64,000 bases of DNA from a virus. The translations under genes and the position numbers were made by a program. The first letter of the stretch is position 1, and each line of letters begins with the position of its first letter. Below, in pieces: positions 25,670 through 34,900 of this stretch. The notes under the pieces are model-generated. The model was not told where the DNA came from. It did no database searches and was given only the letters and a program-made list of their open reading frames with translations. Location of the stretch: IMG/VR virus record IMGVR_UViG_3300032223_002435, positions 2,604 through 66,603 of that record. The stretch is one strand, 5' to 3'.

Positions 25670-26842
25670 ATGCCAGACACGCGCCCCAGAAATGCAGAGG
25701 GTCAATTCTCCCCCGAGACGGGTGGAGGAGCTAATCCTGGCTCGTTTCAGGCTGCGTACAACCCAGCGGTAATTATGCAAAACGATTTAAATCGCAAAGC
25801 TATTCTTGCCGCTGTTAATAAGCGCAAGCAGCAGACTCGGGGCGTAGAAGTCACAGAGGCAAGCGGTCCTTCTGATACAATTCTTTCGAGGAAGGATTTT
25901 GAAGGCATGAAATGCTGGGATGGCTATCAGGCGAAGGGAAAGAAAAAAGGCAAAAATGGCAAGATGGTTAATAATTGCGTTAAACTATCTTTCATCGGCC
26001 GCCTGACTGAACTCGCCGAAAAAACCGATCGGCTCAATCCGCACGCAACCACTGCGGCATTAGCGGCTCCAGCCGCCGTTGGTCTCGGCGTTAGCATTCC
26101 TACGTTAGGTGCTGTAATTGGAAATCCGTTTGGAGAGGGGCATCGAGAAGCAACATCGCAAGAGAAAAAAGTTTATAATCACATTGTAAAAAATGCAAAA
26201 AAAGAAGGCATCGGGGTTCACACCTCAAGTCATAAATACATGCCTGGTTTCGCTTGGAATCATTCAGGAAAAGAAGATGGAGTTTTTACCCAGATTCAAA
26301 AAATGGGAATTGAAAGCCTGACCAGAGATAACGGCAGTAAAAGCACTCGCGGCGTTGCTATTGGGGAAAACGTACACCCTGCAATGAAGTCGGGGGTTCT
26401 AGCCCATGAAATTGGACACGTTTCTGGAAATCCACTTGTGCACTCCGGCTGGGGACGTGGTATCGGAAGGCAAGCATCTGGAATTGGGGCTCTTTATGCT
26501 TCGGCTGGAACATCCGATCAAAATAAGGCAAGGAATGCAGCCATCATTGGAACAATCGCATCCGCCCCAGAGATGGCATCTGAAATAGACGCCTCTGTTC
26601 GAGGCCACGCTGTTTTAAGAAATGCCCATAAGGCAACAAAGGTAAAAATGGGAGTTCTCGACCACCTTAAGCCCGGGGTCGGTATTGCTTCGTATGGAGC
26701 CGTAGCTGCCGCTCCAGCACTTGCATACGAAGTGAAAAAGCATCTTGGTGGATATAAGCAGAAAAAAGACTTCGCTTTCCTCGGCCGCCTTACTGAGCTC
26801 TCTGCCTGGAGCAAAACTCTCCGCAAGGCAAGCAAGGGATGA
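25670..26842 (+). CDS. modular cargo-type protein with CWxGY...NCV motif and HExxH zinc-peptidase-like module
   Basis: PRNAEGQF; CWDGY..NCVK; FIGRLTELA...LAHEIGH...EIDASVRG...FLGRLTELS. Confidence 0.8.
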   Translation: MPDTRPRNAEGQFSPETGGGANPGSFQAAYNPAVIMQNDLNRKAILAAVNKRKQQTRGVEVTEASGPSDTILSRKDFEGMKCWDGYQAKGKKKGKNGKMVNNCVKLSFIGRLTELAEKTDRLNPHATTAALAAPAAVGLGVSIPTLGAVIGNPFGEGHREATSQEKKVYNHIVKNAKKEGIGVHTSSHKYMPGFAWNHSGKEDGVFTQIQKMGIESLTRDNGSKSTRGVAIGENVHPAMKSGVLAHEIGHVSGNPLVHSGWGRGIGRQASGIGALYASAGTSDQNKARNAAIIGTIASAPEMASEIDASVRGHAVLRNAHKATKVKMGVLDHLKPGVGIASYGAVAAAPALAYEVKKHLGGYKQKKDFAFLGRLTELSAWSKTLRKASKG

Positions 26843-26864
26843 GTTGACGCCCCATGCAATTTGC

Positions 26865-28160
26865 ATGGACACCAAGTTTTTTGAGCAACTCGTAGGAAAG
26901 GTAGATCCCGTTTCTGGGGTTATCCACGGAGTATCCGTTATTACCGGAGGAGTGACAGCTCGAGGCCACGAACTTGAGGTCGACAATAAAACTCTTGAGC
27001 AACTTTTTGAGTGCGCCTGCAAGATGGGCAAGGTTCCTGTTAAATGGAATCACCGCTCCGGGGCTGATGCCGTTGCTGGATACCTGGAGAACTTCCGCAT
27101 CAAGGATCACAAACTTCTGGGTGATTGGCATCTTCTCAAGAGCCACGCCCAATATGAGCAAGCCCTTGAGCTTGCTCAGCGTATGCCTGAGTGCATCGGC
27201 CTGAGTGCCGCATTCATGGGTGAGGACGAAAAACGCTCCGATGGAAAAACTGCGGCACGTTGCAGGGAATTAATTTCCGTGGATGTGGTCGCAAATCCAG
27301 CGGCCAATCCGAATGGTTTCTTTGAAGCTAATTTCGGGATGTCAGTTGACACGCAAACTAACAAGCAAACTCTTATGAGCACACCAAACAACCAGCAGCC
27401 ACAGGCCGAGCCCTCCCTCAAGGATGTGCTTGACCAACTCACCGCGATCAACGCTCGCCTTGATCAGCAAGACCAGTTCAACGCCGAACTCCAGCAGTCC
27501 ACGCAGGGCCAGCAGGAGCCAGATGGCGATGAAAACGAAATCACCATCGAGGATCTTCTGACCCTCACCCCAGAGCAGATCAGTCAGCTTGTTGCTGAAG
27601 GTCACATGACCGAGGATGACGCCGCTGGCATTCATGCACTGCAGGCCGAGGCCATGGCCGGTGATGATGAAGCCGAGGAGGCTGAAACCGAGCCCTCCGA
27701 AGAGGCCGGCGAACTCGCCGGTGCCGGCGTGGAAACCTCTGCTGGTGGCGGATCTGAGCTTTCCGCTCTCCGCGCCCAGGTCAAGGAGCTCTCTGCCAAG
27801 TTTGAGAGCAAGCAGGCCTCCGAGGACAACGCCACGATCGAGCATCACTTTGCAACCATCGAGGGAACCCTCACCGAGCTTTCTTCCCAGAATGCCTCGC
27901 TAAATGAACTTAACAGCAAGCTTCAGGCTCGTTGCGACGCACAGGCACACGCCCTGCGTACCGGAACCCGCCCCGTTGCTTTCTCTGCTGAGGGTGACAT
28001 CTCCTCCAGCAACCTCGAACTCTCCGATTTTGAGAAACTCGTAAAGAATTTCGAGTCGCAGGGGAAAACCAAGGCCGAGGCCATCCGTCTGGCTCACAAA
28101 GAGAGCCCCGATGCCCACGCCAAACACCTCTCTGACCGTCGCGAGGCGCGCTCAGTGTAA
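26865..28160 (+). CDS. prohead protease fused to acidic scaffold
   Basis: GVSVIT.G.ARGH, WNH, IGLS, SVDVVANPAANPNG; acidic coiled-coil C-half; precedes capsid genes; ATG 21 nt after TTGAC. Confidence 0.85.
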   Translation: MDTKFFEQLVGKVDPVSGVIHGVSVITGGVTARGHELEVDNKTLEQLFECACKMGKVPVKWNHRSGADAVAGYLENFRIKDHKLLGDWHLLKSHAQYEQALELAQRMPECIGLSAAFMGEDEKRSDGKTAARCRELISVDVVANPAANPNGFFEANFGMSVDTQTNKQTLMSTPNNQQPQAEPSLKDVLDQLTAINARLDQQDQFNAELQQSTQGQQEPDGDENEITIEDLLTLTPEQISQLVAEGHMTEDDAAGIHALQAEAMAGDDEAEEAETEPSEEAGELAGAGVETSAGGGSELSALRAQVKELSAKFESKQASEDNATIEHHFATIEGTLTELSSQNASLNELNSKLQARCDAQAHALRTGTRPVAFSAEGDISSSNLELSDFEKLVKNFESQGKTKAEAIRLAHKESPDAHAKHLSDRREARSV

Positions 28161-28197
28161 CCAACAACCCAACCAACCGACCCAACAACCAACAATT

Positions 28198-28557
28198 ATG
28201 AGCAACTTCAACACCGTTGTTTCTGCAATTGCCGCCTCCGACCTATCTGGGAAGGAAGGCGTGCTCCTCAAGCTCACCTCCAGCGGCGTAGCCGTCGCCG
28301 GCGCGAGCGATATCGTCATTGGAACCCTCGTCCGTGGTGCCGTCGCCGGCGCTGCTGTCGCAGTGTTCCTTTCCCACGCCAATGGCATCTCCTTCGTCCA
28401 AGTCGGAAATGATACGGCGATCGCCATCGGCGATTCCCTCGATCAGGCCGCAAACGGACAGGTCGTGAAGCACACCACCGGAACCGTCGTTGCCTACGCC
28501 TGGGAGGCAGCTCCCGCCGGAAGCTCCAACGGCCAGATCCGCGCACTCTTCATCTAA
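28198..28557 (+). CDS. capsid decoration/cement protein
   Basis: 119-aa Ala/Gly/Val-rich protein between scaffold and capsid; AIAIGD...ANGQ...AWEAA. Confidence 0.75.
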   Translation: MSNFNTVVSAIAASDLSGKEGVLLKLTSSGVAVAGASDIVIGTLVRGAVAGAAVAVFLSHANGISFVQVGNDTAIAIGDSLDQAANGQVVKHTTGTVVAYAWEAAPAGSSNGQIRALFI

Positions 28558-28577
28558 TTAACTGAGGAAAACACATT

Positions 28578-29534
28578 ATGTACAACACCACCGATTCAGT
28601 CCCACGTCAGGACATCAGCACCCTCCTAATGGAGGCTGTTCATCAGAAGGAGCACTACATTGGTCAGTCGCTTCTCCCCGTCTATTCCAGCCCCAAGGAG
28701 ATCGGCCGCTATCCCAAGTTCCGTGTCGCCAAGGGTGAGCTTCTCAAGAAGGAGAGCCAGAAGCGCAATTCTACTGGCACCTACAACGAGAGCGAAGAGA
28801 GCTTTGAGTGGGACAGCTACTCGACCGAGGAGTTCGGTCATGAGAAGCGTGTCGACGACAAGGTTCGCAAGGAGATGAAGGATTTCTTCGATGCCGAAAT
28901 GGTCACCGCTAACTTCTGCATGCAGAAGGTGATGCTCGATTACGAGCTGGCTACCTCCCGAGCCATCATGGATCCCTCGACCTTCAACCTCAGCAACGGA
29001 TCGGTCGCTTACACTGAGACAAACCTCAACACAATTGACGTTCCCCATGACATCAATTATGCGCTTGAGAGCCTTTCCAGCGTCGGCGAGACCCCCAACA
29101 CGCTGGTTCTCAGCCTGTCGGTGTTCAACCTGATCAAGCGTTCCAAGCTCATGCAGACCTATCTGTATGGCTTCCTCAACACCACTCAGGGCGGTTCCAA
29201 CATCACCACCCAAGTGCTCGGAGATGCTTTCGGTATCCCCAACGTCGTTGTGGCTCGCAAGACCTACGATGCCGCCATCAAGGGCAAGACCAGCATCCAG
29301 AATGTGTGGGGTAATGACTACATGTTCCTTGGCGATGTCCAGGGCGGCGACTTCATGGCCGGCGGCGTGGGCCGCACGATCATCTGGGACGCTGACAGCG
29401 AGGGTGGCCTGTTCACCACGGATCAGTATCGTGACGAGGCTCGTCGCGGCGACAAGATCCGAGTTCGCTCGAACCGCACCGTCAAGATCATCAACCCCAA
29501 CGCCGGTATCCTTATCGGCACGCAGTGGGCATAA
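28578..29534 (+). CDS. major capsid protein (HK97 fold, lambda gpE-like)
   Basis: 318 aa; position, PNTLVLS motif, strongly biased codons, followed by a terminator. Confidence 0.85.
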   Translation: MYNTTDSVPRQDISTLLMEAVHQKEHYIGQSLLPVYSSPKEIGRYPKFRVAKGELLKKESQKRNSTGTYNESEESFEWDSYSTEEFGHEKRVDDKVRKEMKDFFDAEMVTANFCMQKVMLDYELATSRAIMDPSTFNLSNGSVAYTETNLNTIDVPHDINYALESLSSVGETPNTLVLSLSVFNLIKRSKLMQTYLYGFLNTTQGGSNITTQVLGDAFGIPNVVVARKTYDAAIKGKTSIQNVWGNDYMFLGDVQGGDFMAGGVGRTIIWDADSEGGLFTTDQYRDEARRGDKIRVRSNRTVKIINPNAGILIGTQWA

Positions 29535-29564
29535 TCTAAACTGATTGCCATTGTGGGCGCATAG

Positions 29565-29601
29565 AGGCCCCGGCTGGAGGAAACTTCAGCCGGGGCTTTT
29601 T
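29565..29601 (+). terminator. intrinsic terminator after the capsid gene
   Basis: GCCCCGGCTGGAG-GAAA-CTTCAGCCGGGGC-TTTTT. Confidence 0.9.
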
Positions 29602-29635
29602 GCGTTGACGGGAGTTGACCTGTGCCCAATGAACA

Positions 29636-29998
29636 ATGAGCAGCAGCAGCTTTGACGACGCGATGGAAATTGCAGATACGGCCCTATTTTCCGAAATGGA
29701 TTCCCTCGTCATTCTGGAAGGCCGATCCGTCCGCGCCATCATCTCTCCCATGAGCGGGTACACCACAGAGAGTGACGGGAATGGTGGGTTCTCCCGAGTA
29801 GAGGGCGCCAAGCTGGAAGTCCTCTCAACCGATATGGCTGCCGCTGAGAATTGGGGCGGTCCTCGTGTCGGCATGATGGTCGCTGTCCCGACGACCCCCA
29901 CCCAGCACTACCGCGTCACGGGGATCCGCAATAACGGCTTCACCACCACGCTCACCTGCGGCTCCACCTCCGGTACCGCGCCGCGCTCCCAATTCTAA
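29636..29998 (+). CDS. head-closure (gpFII-like) protein, putative
   Basis: 120 aa, beta-rich, directly after capsid; TTGAC 21 nt upstream. Confidence 0.55.
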   Translation: MSSSSFDDAMEIADTALFSEMDSLVILEGRSVRAIISPMSGYTTESDGNGGFSRVEGAKLEVLSTDMAAAENWGGPRVGMMVAVPTTPTQHYRVTGIRNNGFTTTLTCGSTSGTAPRSQF

Positions 29999-30000
29999 CA

Positions 30001-30402
30001 ATGAATGTCCGATCCCTGATCGAAGTCGAGATGGCGGCATCTCTCTCTGAAAGCAATGTCATTTCCTGCCCCGCCCTCCCAGGGGCCTCGGATGGGGTCA
30101 GGCCCGATCGCTATGTCTCTGTCGTTGCCACGGAGGCGGAGCATCGCGGAAGCGCTCATCTGGTGACCTTGGAGTTCCGCATCGCGGCCCCTGCGGCTGA
30201 GGCGATTGACCCCATGAGGGAAACTACCGACGCCGTTTATCTCTGGGCCACGGGTGAGGATTCTCCTCTCAAGGAGTATGAGGCAAACGGGCTTAAAATC
30301 CTCGGCCATTCACCGGCCAACCTCAGGAGTGAAGTGCGCGATTTCCAGAGAGCCGAGATCCTGGAGTTCAAGGTCGGGGCGGCTACGAGTGCCGCTTCGT
30401 AG
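30001..30402 (+). CDS. tail completion/terminator-like protein, putative
   Basis: Size and synteny only. Confidence 0.45.
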   Translation: MNVRSLIEVEMAASLSESNVISCPALPGASDGVRPDRYVSVVATEAEHRGSAHLVTLEFRIAAPAAEAIDPMRETTDAVYLWATGEDSPLKEYEANGLKILGHSPANLRSEVRDFQRAEILEFKVGAATSAAS

Positions 30403-30424
30403 TTGACACAATCTCAATAGTATT

Positions 30425-30757
30425 ATGAGCATTGCAAATCACGGACAAGGAATGGGAAATTATAAGTTTGGAACCGGAGACGAAAACATTGCGCAGCTTT
30501 CGGTTGAGAAATCCTACACTGTTCAAATCGACGTAGTAGATGGAACAGGCCTACTTAAAGACATCATGTATGGTGGCGAGGAGAATAAAATCAGTGCTAC
30601 CAAATACGAAACGGGCGGAGGAGTTCCAGATCTTGGATCCGCTTTTTCGGCAGGAGGCGTCAATGGATACGTCACAAAAGCTGCCTCAATCAGGAGCAAC
30701 GAGGACGTATCAAAAATACAAATCGAAGCAATTGGGTCACCCTCTGTCGGATCATAA
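30425..30757 (+). CDS. small tail-tube-like protein (paralog 1)
   Basis: 110 aa; DGTG...PDLGSAFS...SNEDVSKIQIEA, similar to the next gene. Confidence 0.5.
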   Translation: MSIANHGQGMGNYKFGTGDENIAQLSVEKSYTVQIDVVDGTGLLKDIMYGGEENKISATKYETGGGVPDLGSAFSAGGVNGYVTKAASIRSNEDVSKIQIEAIGSPSVGS

Positions 30758-30769
30758 CCAAATAAAAAT

Positions 30770-31093
30770 ATGGCACTTAACTCTTTCAACGGCACGACCG
30801 CCGGCGCCGGAGGCGTCAGCGTTAACGGCATTAGCGTAGTTACCCAGGTATCTGAGGGATCAGAATATGGGAACATCGCTCGTGCAAAAGATTCCACTGG
30901 TGAAATCGCCGCTATCTATATGAGCAAAGGCACTTATACCTCTGAAGTTTCCGGGTACGCCAATACCTTCGCGGCGCCTGGCCTGGGTGGCAGCATCTCT
31001 GGTGTTGCGGGAGATCAGAAGATCATGAGTTCCAAGCTTGAAGCCAGCAATCAGGATTTCGTAAAGGTAAGCGTTACAGGCAAGGGCCTTTAA
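30770..31093 (+). CDS. small tail-tube-like protein (paralog 2)
   Basis: 107 aa; DSTG...PGLGGSIS...SNQDFVKVSVTG. Confidence 0.5.
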   Translation: MALNSFNGTTAGAGGVSVNGISVVTQVSEGSEYGNIARAKDSTGEIAAIYMSKGTYTSEVSGYANTFAAPGLGGSISGVAGDQKIMSSKLEASNQDFVKVSVTGKGL

Positions 31094-31102
31094 TGAGTCA
31101 AC

Positions 31103-31900
31103 TTGGTTGAGAATTATTACATTTTCGACGAGCGTTTTGCGGAAAGTTTTTTACATTCCGCAAAACCAGTTCGTGTTTTTGGTTTTAAGTTAAAGCCATT
31201 TTCAAACTGGCATCGCTTACAATTGGAGTGGGTGAACTCTAAGATCCTGATTGGTGGAGCAAAAAAATGGGATGCCTATCTGGCAGCTAAAATCTGTACC
31301 AGCCAATACCCTCAAAAAACAAACACCACAGAATTGGGGGCAGTGTCCTCAATTCTATGGCATATCTTTGTTTATTTTTTTAATGCCAATAAGGAAATAT
31401 CGAAACTTTACGACTATATTGAAGATTATAACTCTCCGCCAAAACTATGGGGTGGAAATGGGTCGTCTTTAAAAAAACTGTCAGAGGCATATCACGATAT
31501 GTTCTTGATAACCAAAGACCCGGATTATCAGACCAGCGCGAATAAAGCGGCACACGACGCCTTTCTGCAAGAAAATCAAGATTCACAGATTGATGATACA
31601 CTTTCGCAAGTATCCTATTACTGCAAAGTTGCATCGCGTCCTCCCAAGGAAGCCTGGAATATGCCAGTTGGAGAATTGGCTTGGATGAACGTTTGTTTTG
31701 CAAAAATGGAGGGTGGGAAAGTGGATATCTGGACCCCTATGGACGAAGAGCGCTTTAAGGAAAACCTGAAAGTGCGACAACAAAAGATAGCCGACATAGC
31801 AGATGAATTAATAAAAGAGCACCCAAATACCCCAACGCCCCATGCTACGGGGTTGGCCGCGATCAAATACTGGAAGCAGGTTATCGATCGCAATAGATAA
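31103..31900 (+). CDS. tail assembly chaperone, putative
   Basis: Between tube-like genes and tape measure; EAWNMPVG motif; start uncertain. Confidence 0.5.
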   Translation: MVENYYIFDERFAESFLHSAKPVRVFGFKLKPFSNWHRLQLEWVNSKILIGGAKKWDAYLAAKICTSQYPQKTNTTELGAVSSILWHIFVYFFNANKEISKLYDYIEDYNSPPKLWGGNGSSLKKLSEAYHDMFLITKDPDYQTSANKAAHDAFLQENQDSQIDDTLSQVSYYCKVASRPPKEAWNMPVGELAWMNVCFAKMEGGKVDIWTPMDEERFKENLKVRQQKIADIADELIKEHPNTPTPHATGLAAIKYWKQVIDRNR

Positions 31901-31924
31901 TTGTTGACGATCGAGGGTTCTGGT

Positions 31925-34900
31925 ATGCCGCCGACAGCCACTGCACCGAGGTCACCGCAAGCACCCACAGAGCCTTGGAAGGCTTTCAAAAACATCCTTG
32001 CTGAAACTGTTGGTCCAATCGCAGTCCTTGGTATTGCCTCTCAAAAACTGCTTTCAACCATCGCATCTACAGCGATGAACGCAAAGAAATTGCAGGACGC
32101 AATCAATACCTCATCCGGCGCAGAACAGCTTAGAAAGCAATTTGAGGGCATCGGACTCTCCGCCGCCCAAGCAAAACAAAAAGTTGAGGAACTTGCCCAG
32201 GCATCAGCAAATGGGCCATTCAACCTAGATTCTTTGGGGGCGGCTTCAAAAAACTTAAAAATCGTCGGCGGAGACGCAGTAAATACCGCTGCCAATCTCA
32301 AGAAAGTGGCAGACATGGCTGCGGCCACAGGATCTCCGATCGACACAATGGCCACGGCTTATGCTCGCCTAATTGCGTCCATGAAGGGGGGCGGCGGTGC
32401 AGAGGCGGCCGCCTCGCTGGCGGAAATGGGAGCCATTTCTAGCGATACGGCCGAAAAGATTAACAACATTACTGCCGCTGGTGGATCGTTCTCAGAAAAG
32501 ATGATAGCTCTTTCTGGTGATCTTTCCAAATCGACCGGAGCTGCCAATGCCCTGGGTGGAACCCTGGCGGGTCTTCAGGCTAAACTCGCATCGCTTCAAG
32601 CCAATAGCGCCAGAAATATAGGCGACATGTTTATCGAAGGGGAAAAAGCAGCCCTTCGAGCACAAATATCCTTTCAAAAAGTTAAAAGCGCACTTGACGA
32701 GGCGGCCTCCGCCCCTTTTGCCGCGATTAGCGAGGGATTTAATGGAATAAAAGAATCTATTGGCAAATTCTTATCCTCTTCTGATTCTGTTAAGGGTATT
32801 GTCTTGATTTTTAATGCCATATTTGCAGCCGCTGCCGGCATTTTTGTCACGACATCCGTAGCCGCATTGGGGGTTGCAGCAACTCTTATCAGAATGGGTT
32901 CAGCCGCATTTACAGCGGCTGGAGGAATGACCGCTCTAAATGCAGTCACCAGAAGCTGGGTTGGTCTGGGGGCAGGCGCTTTGGGGTTCATTTCGGCGAT
33001 TGTTACGGCATTGGTACTTTTTGGGGGCCGCGCCTTACAAACCTCGCGCGAGGTTGATCAACTGATTAAAAAGAACAAAGAACTTGCCGCAAGCGGTGCG
33101 CAAGGCTCTTCAAAGATCGAAGCAATGGTTCCAGCCGTCAAAGGCGGTACAGTTGAGGACAGGCAAAAAGCTTTAGAAACAGCCGATGCGAGTGTTGATG
33201 AGGCCAAGACTCGCCTTGAATCGGCGCAAAAAACACAGCAAGGCGAATCTAAAAAAGATACGAACTGGAATCGAGCAGTTACAATGGATTGGTTTGGAGT
33301 AGCTGCTCGGGAACGACAAGCTAGTGCAGAGGGTGAGGTGAATTCAGCCTCGCAAGAGTTAAATAGAAGAAAAAATGCCAGATCTCAGATTGCTGCTATT
33401 TCTAGTAACGGACTCGGCCTTGATAGGGAACAATTACAAAAGAACTATCAGCGAAACGATATTATCGAGAATAGTCGAAATGCAGCCTTTGAGCGCCTTC
33501 AAGGGTCAGTCGATGTCGACTCAGCAGCCTCTATGGCTAAATCTGAAGTAGAACGGGCCACGAAAAAAGATGATAAAAACCAAATTGTTTCCAAGCAATC
33601 CTACGACGAGCGTACTAAAATAAACAATGCCAGCGGAAAAATAGCAAGGTCGGAAACTGCCCAAGAAAAAGAAAAGGCTTTTGAAGAACTAAAATCAATA
33701 GAAACCAAATCTGAAAGCGGTGGCATTCAAAAACAAATCGATTATAAAAAAAGTATTGTTGGCGAACAAACTATGCTTGAAAGCGAAAGCCGGGCTTCAA
33801 AAGCAGACTTACTGGAAAAAACCTTTGCAAGGGATAACCTTGAAAAGAGGTACGGATCCCAGATGCAGCAACGTGAAAAGTTTATTAAAGAGGGGGGCAG
33901 CGAGTCAGGGGCTGATAGTCTTTATGGCCCAGCAAACAACAATCTGATACAAGCACGAAAAGACGTAGAAGTGGCTAAACAAAGAGAAGCTGATATTAAT
34001 CTCCGAAAAAAACAAATCGATAAAAGGGCGACCTCTGAAGGGGATGTGTCTGGAAAAGCCATTCAGGAACTAGAAGTAAAACGAGATGCCGCATTAAAAA
34101 AAGAAGATCCAACCATATCTGCACAGCAGAAAGAGAATGCAATAAATAAAAGTCAAGCGGCTGCGGAAGCATTGGCAGCTCGAAATAACATGGTTCAACA
34201 GTCTCGAAATAAGGCTACTTTAGAATCACGACTAGCAAGCCTTTCAAGCGATGGTTCCGATGATGAATATAAGATCAACGCCGAAAGTGGATTAAACAGA
34301 TCCTCAAACGTCAAAGCACTAAATGCTGCTGTCGAATTAAAAAAGAAGGCTGACGAATACAATGCTTCAAGGGGTACTGACCAGGAACAAAAAAAACGCA
34401 AAGAGCTGGAAGTGGCTCAAGTGCAAGCCGCCGCCGCCGGAACCAATGGTCGCGGTGCTGAAGAGATCCAACAAGAGCTAGATGCCGAAAAACAAATTAC
34501 TGCTACCAAGCTTCAGGCGGCAAAAATCTCTGAATCTGCCGCAAAAGCAGAATATGAGGCATCCATGCGCAGGCTTAACGTCGAAAAACAGATTTCGCAA
34601 ATGAAAGTAGCTCAATCGAAGAGCGTAATCGAAGGATCTGAGTTTAAGGGCAAAACCGAAGGCGCTATCAATATGAATGGCGCCAAAAAAGAACTTGAAA
34701 GCCAACTAAAAGCACTTGAGGCATCGAAGGCAAAAGACGCCGCCTCGGCCGCTTACAAGGCCAACCCAAATGAGCAAAACAAGGCAAATCTTGATAACGC
34801 CAATGAGGCGGCTTCAGCGGCCGGAGTGGGTAATAGGCGTACTCGTGATCTGGAGGCATTGGTTCAATCTTCAAGCCGAGATTTGAGTGCAAAAAAAGAA

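Noticed and set aside
26745-26864. N-terminal extensions in the ORF track (also 9626-9733, 28111-28197, 55282-55836, 59797-59850)
   Set aside because: They overlap neighbouring genes; downstream starts fit coupling, leader or motif spacing better
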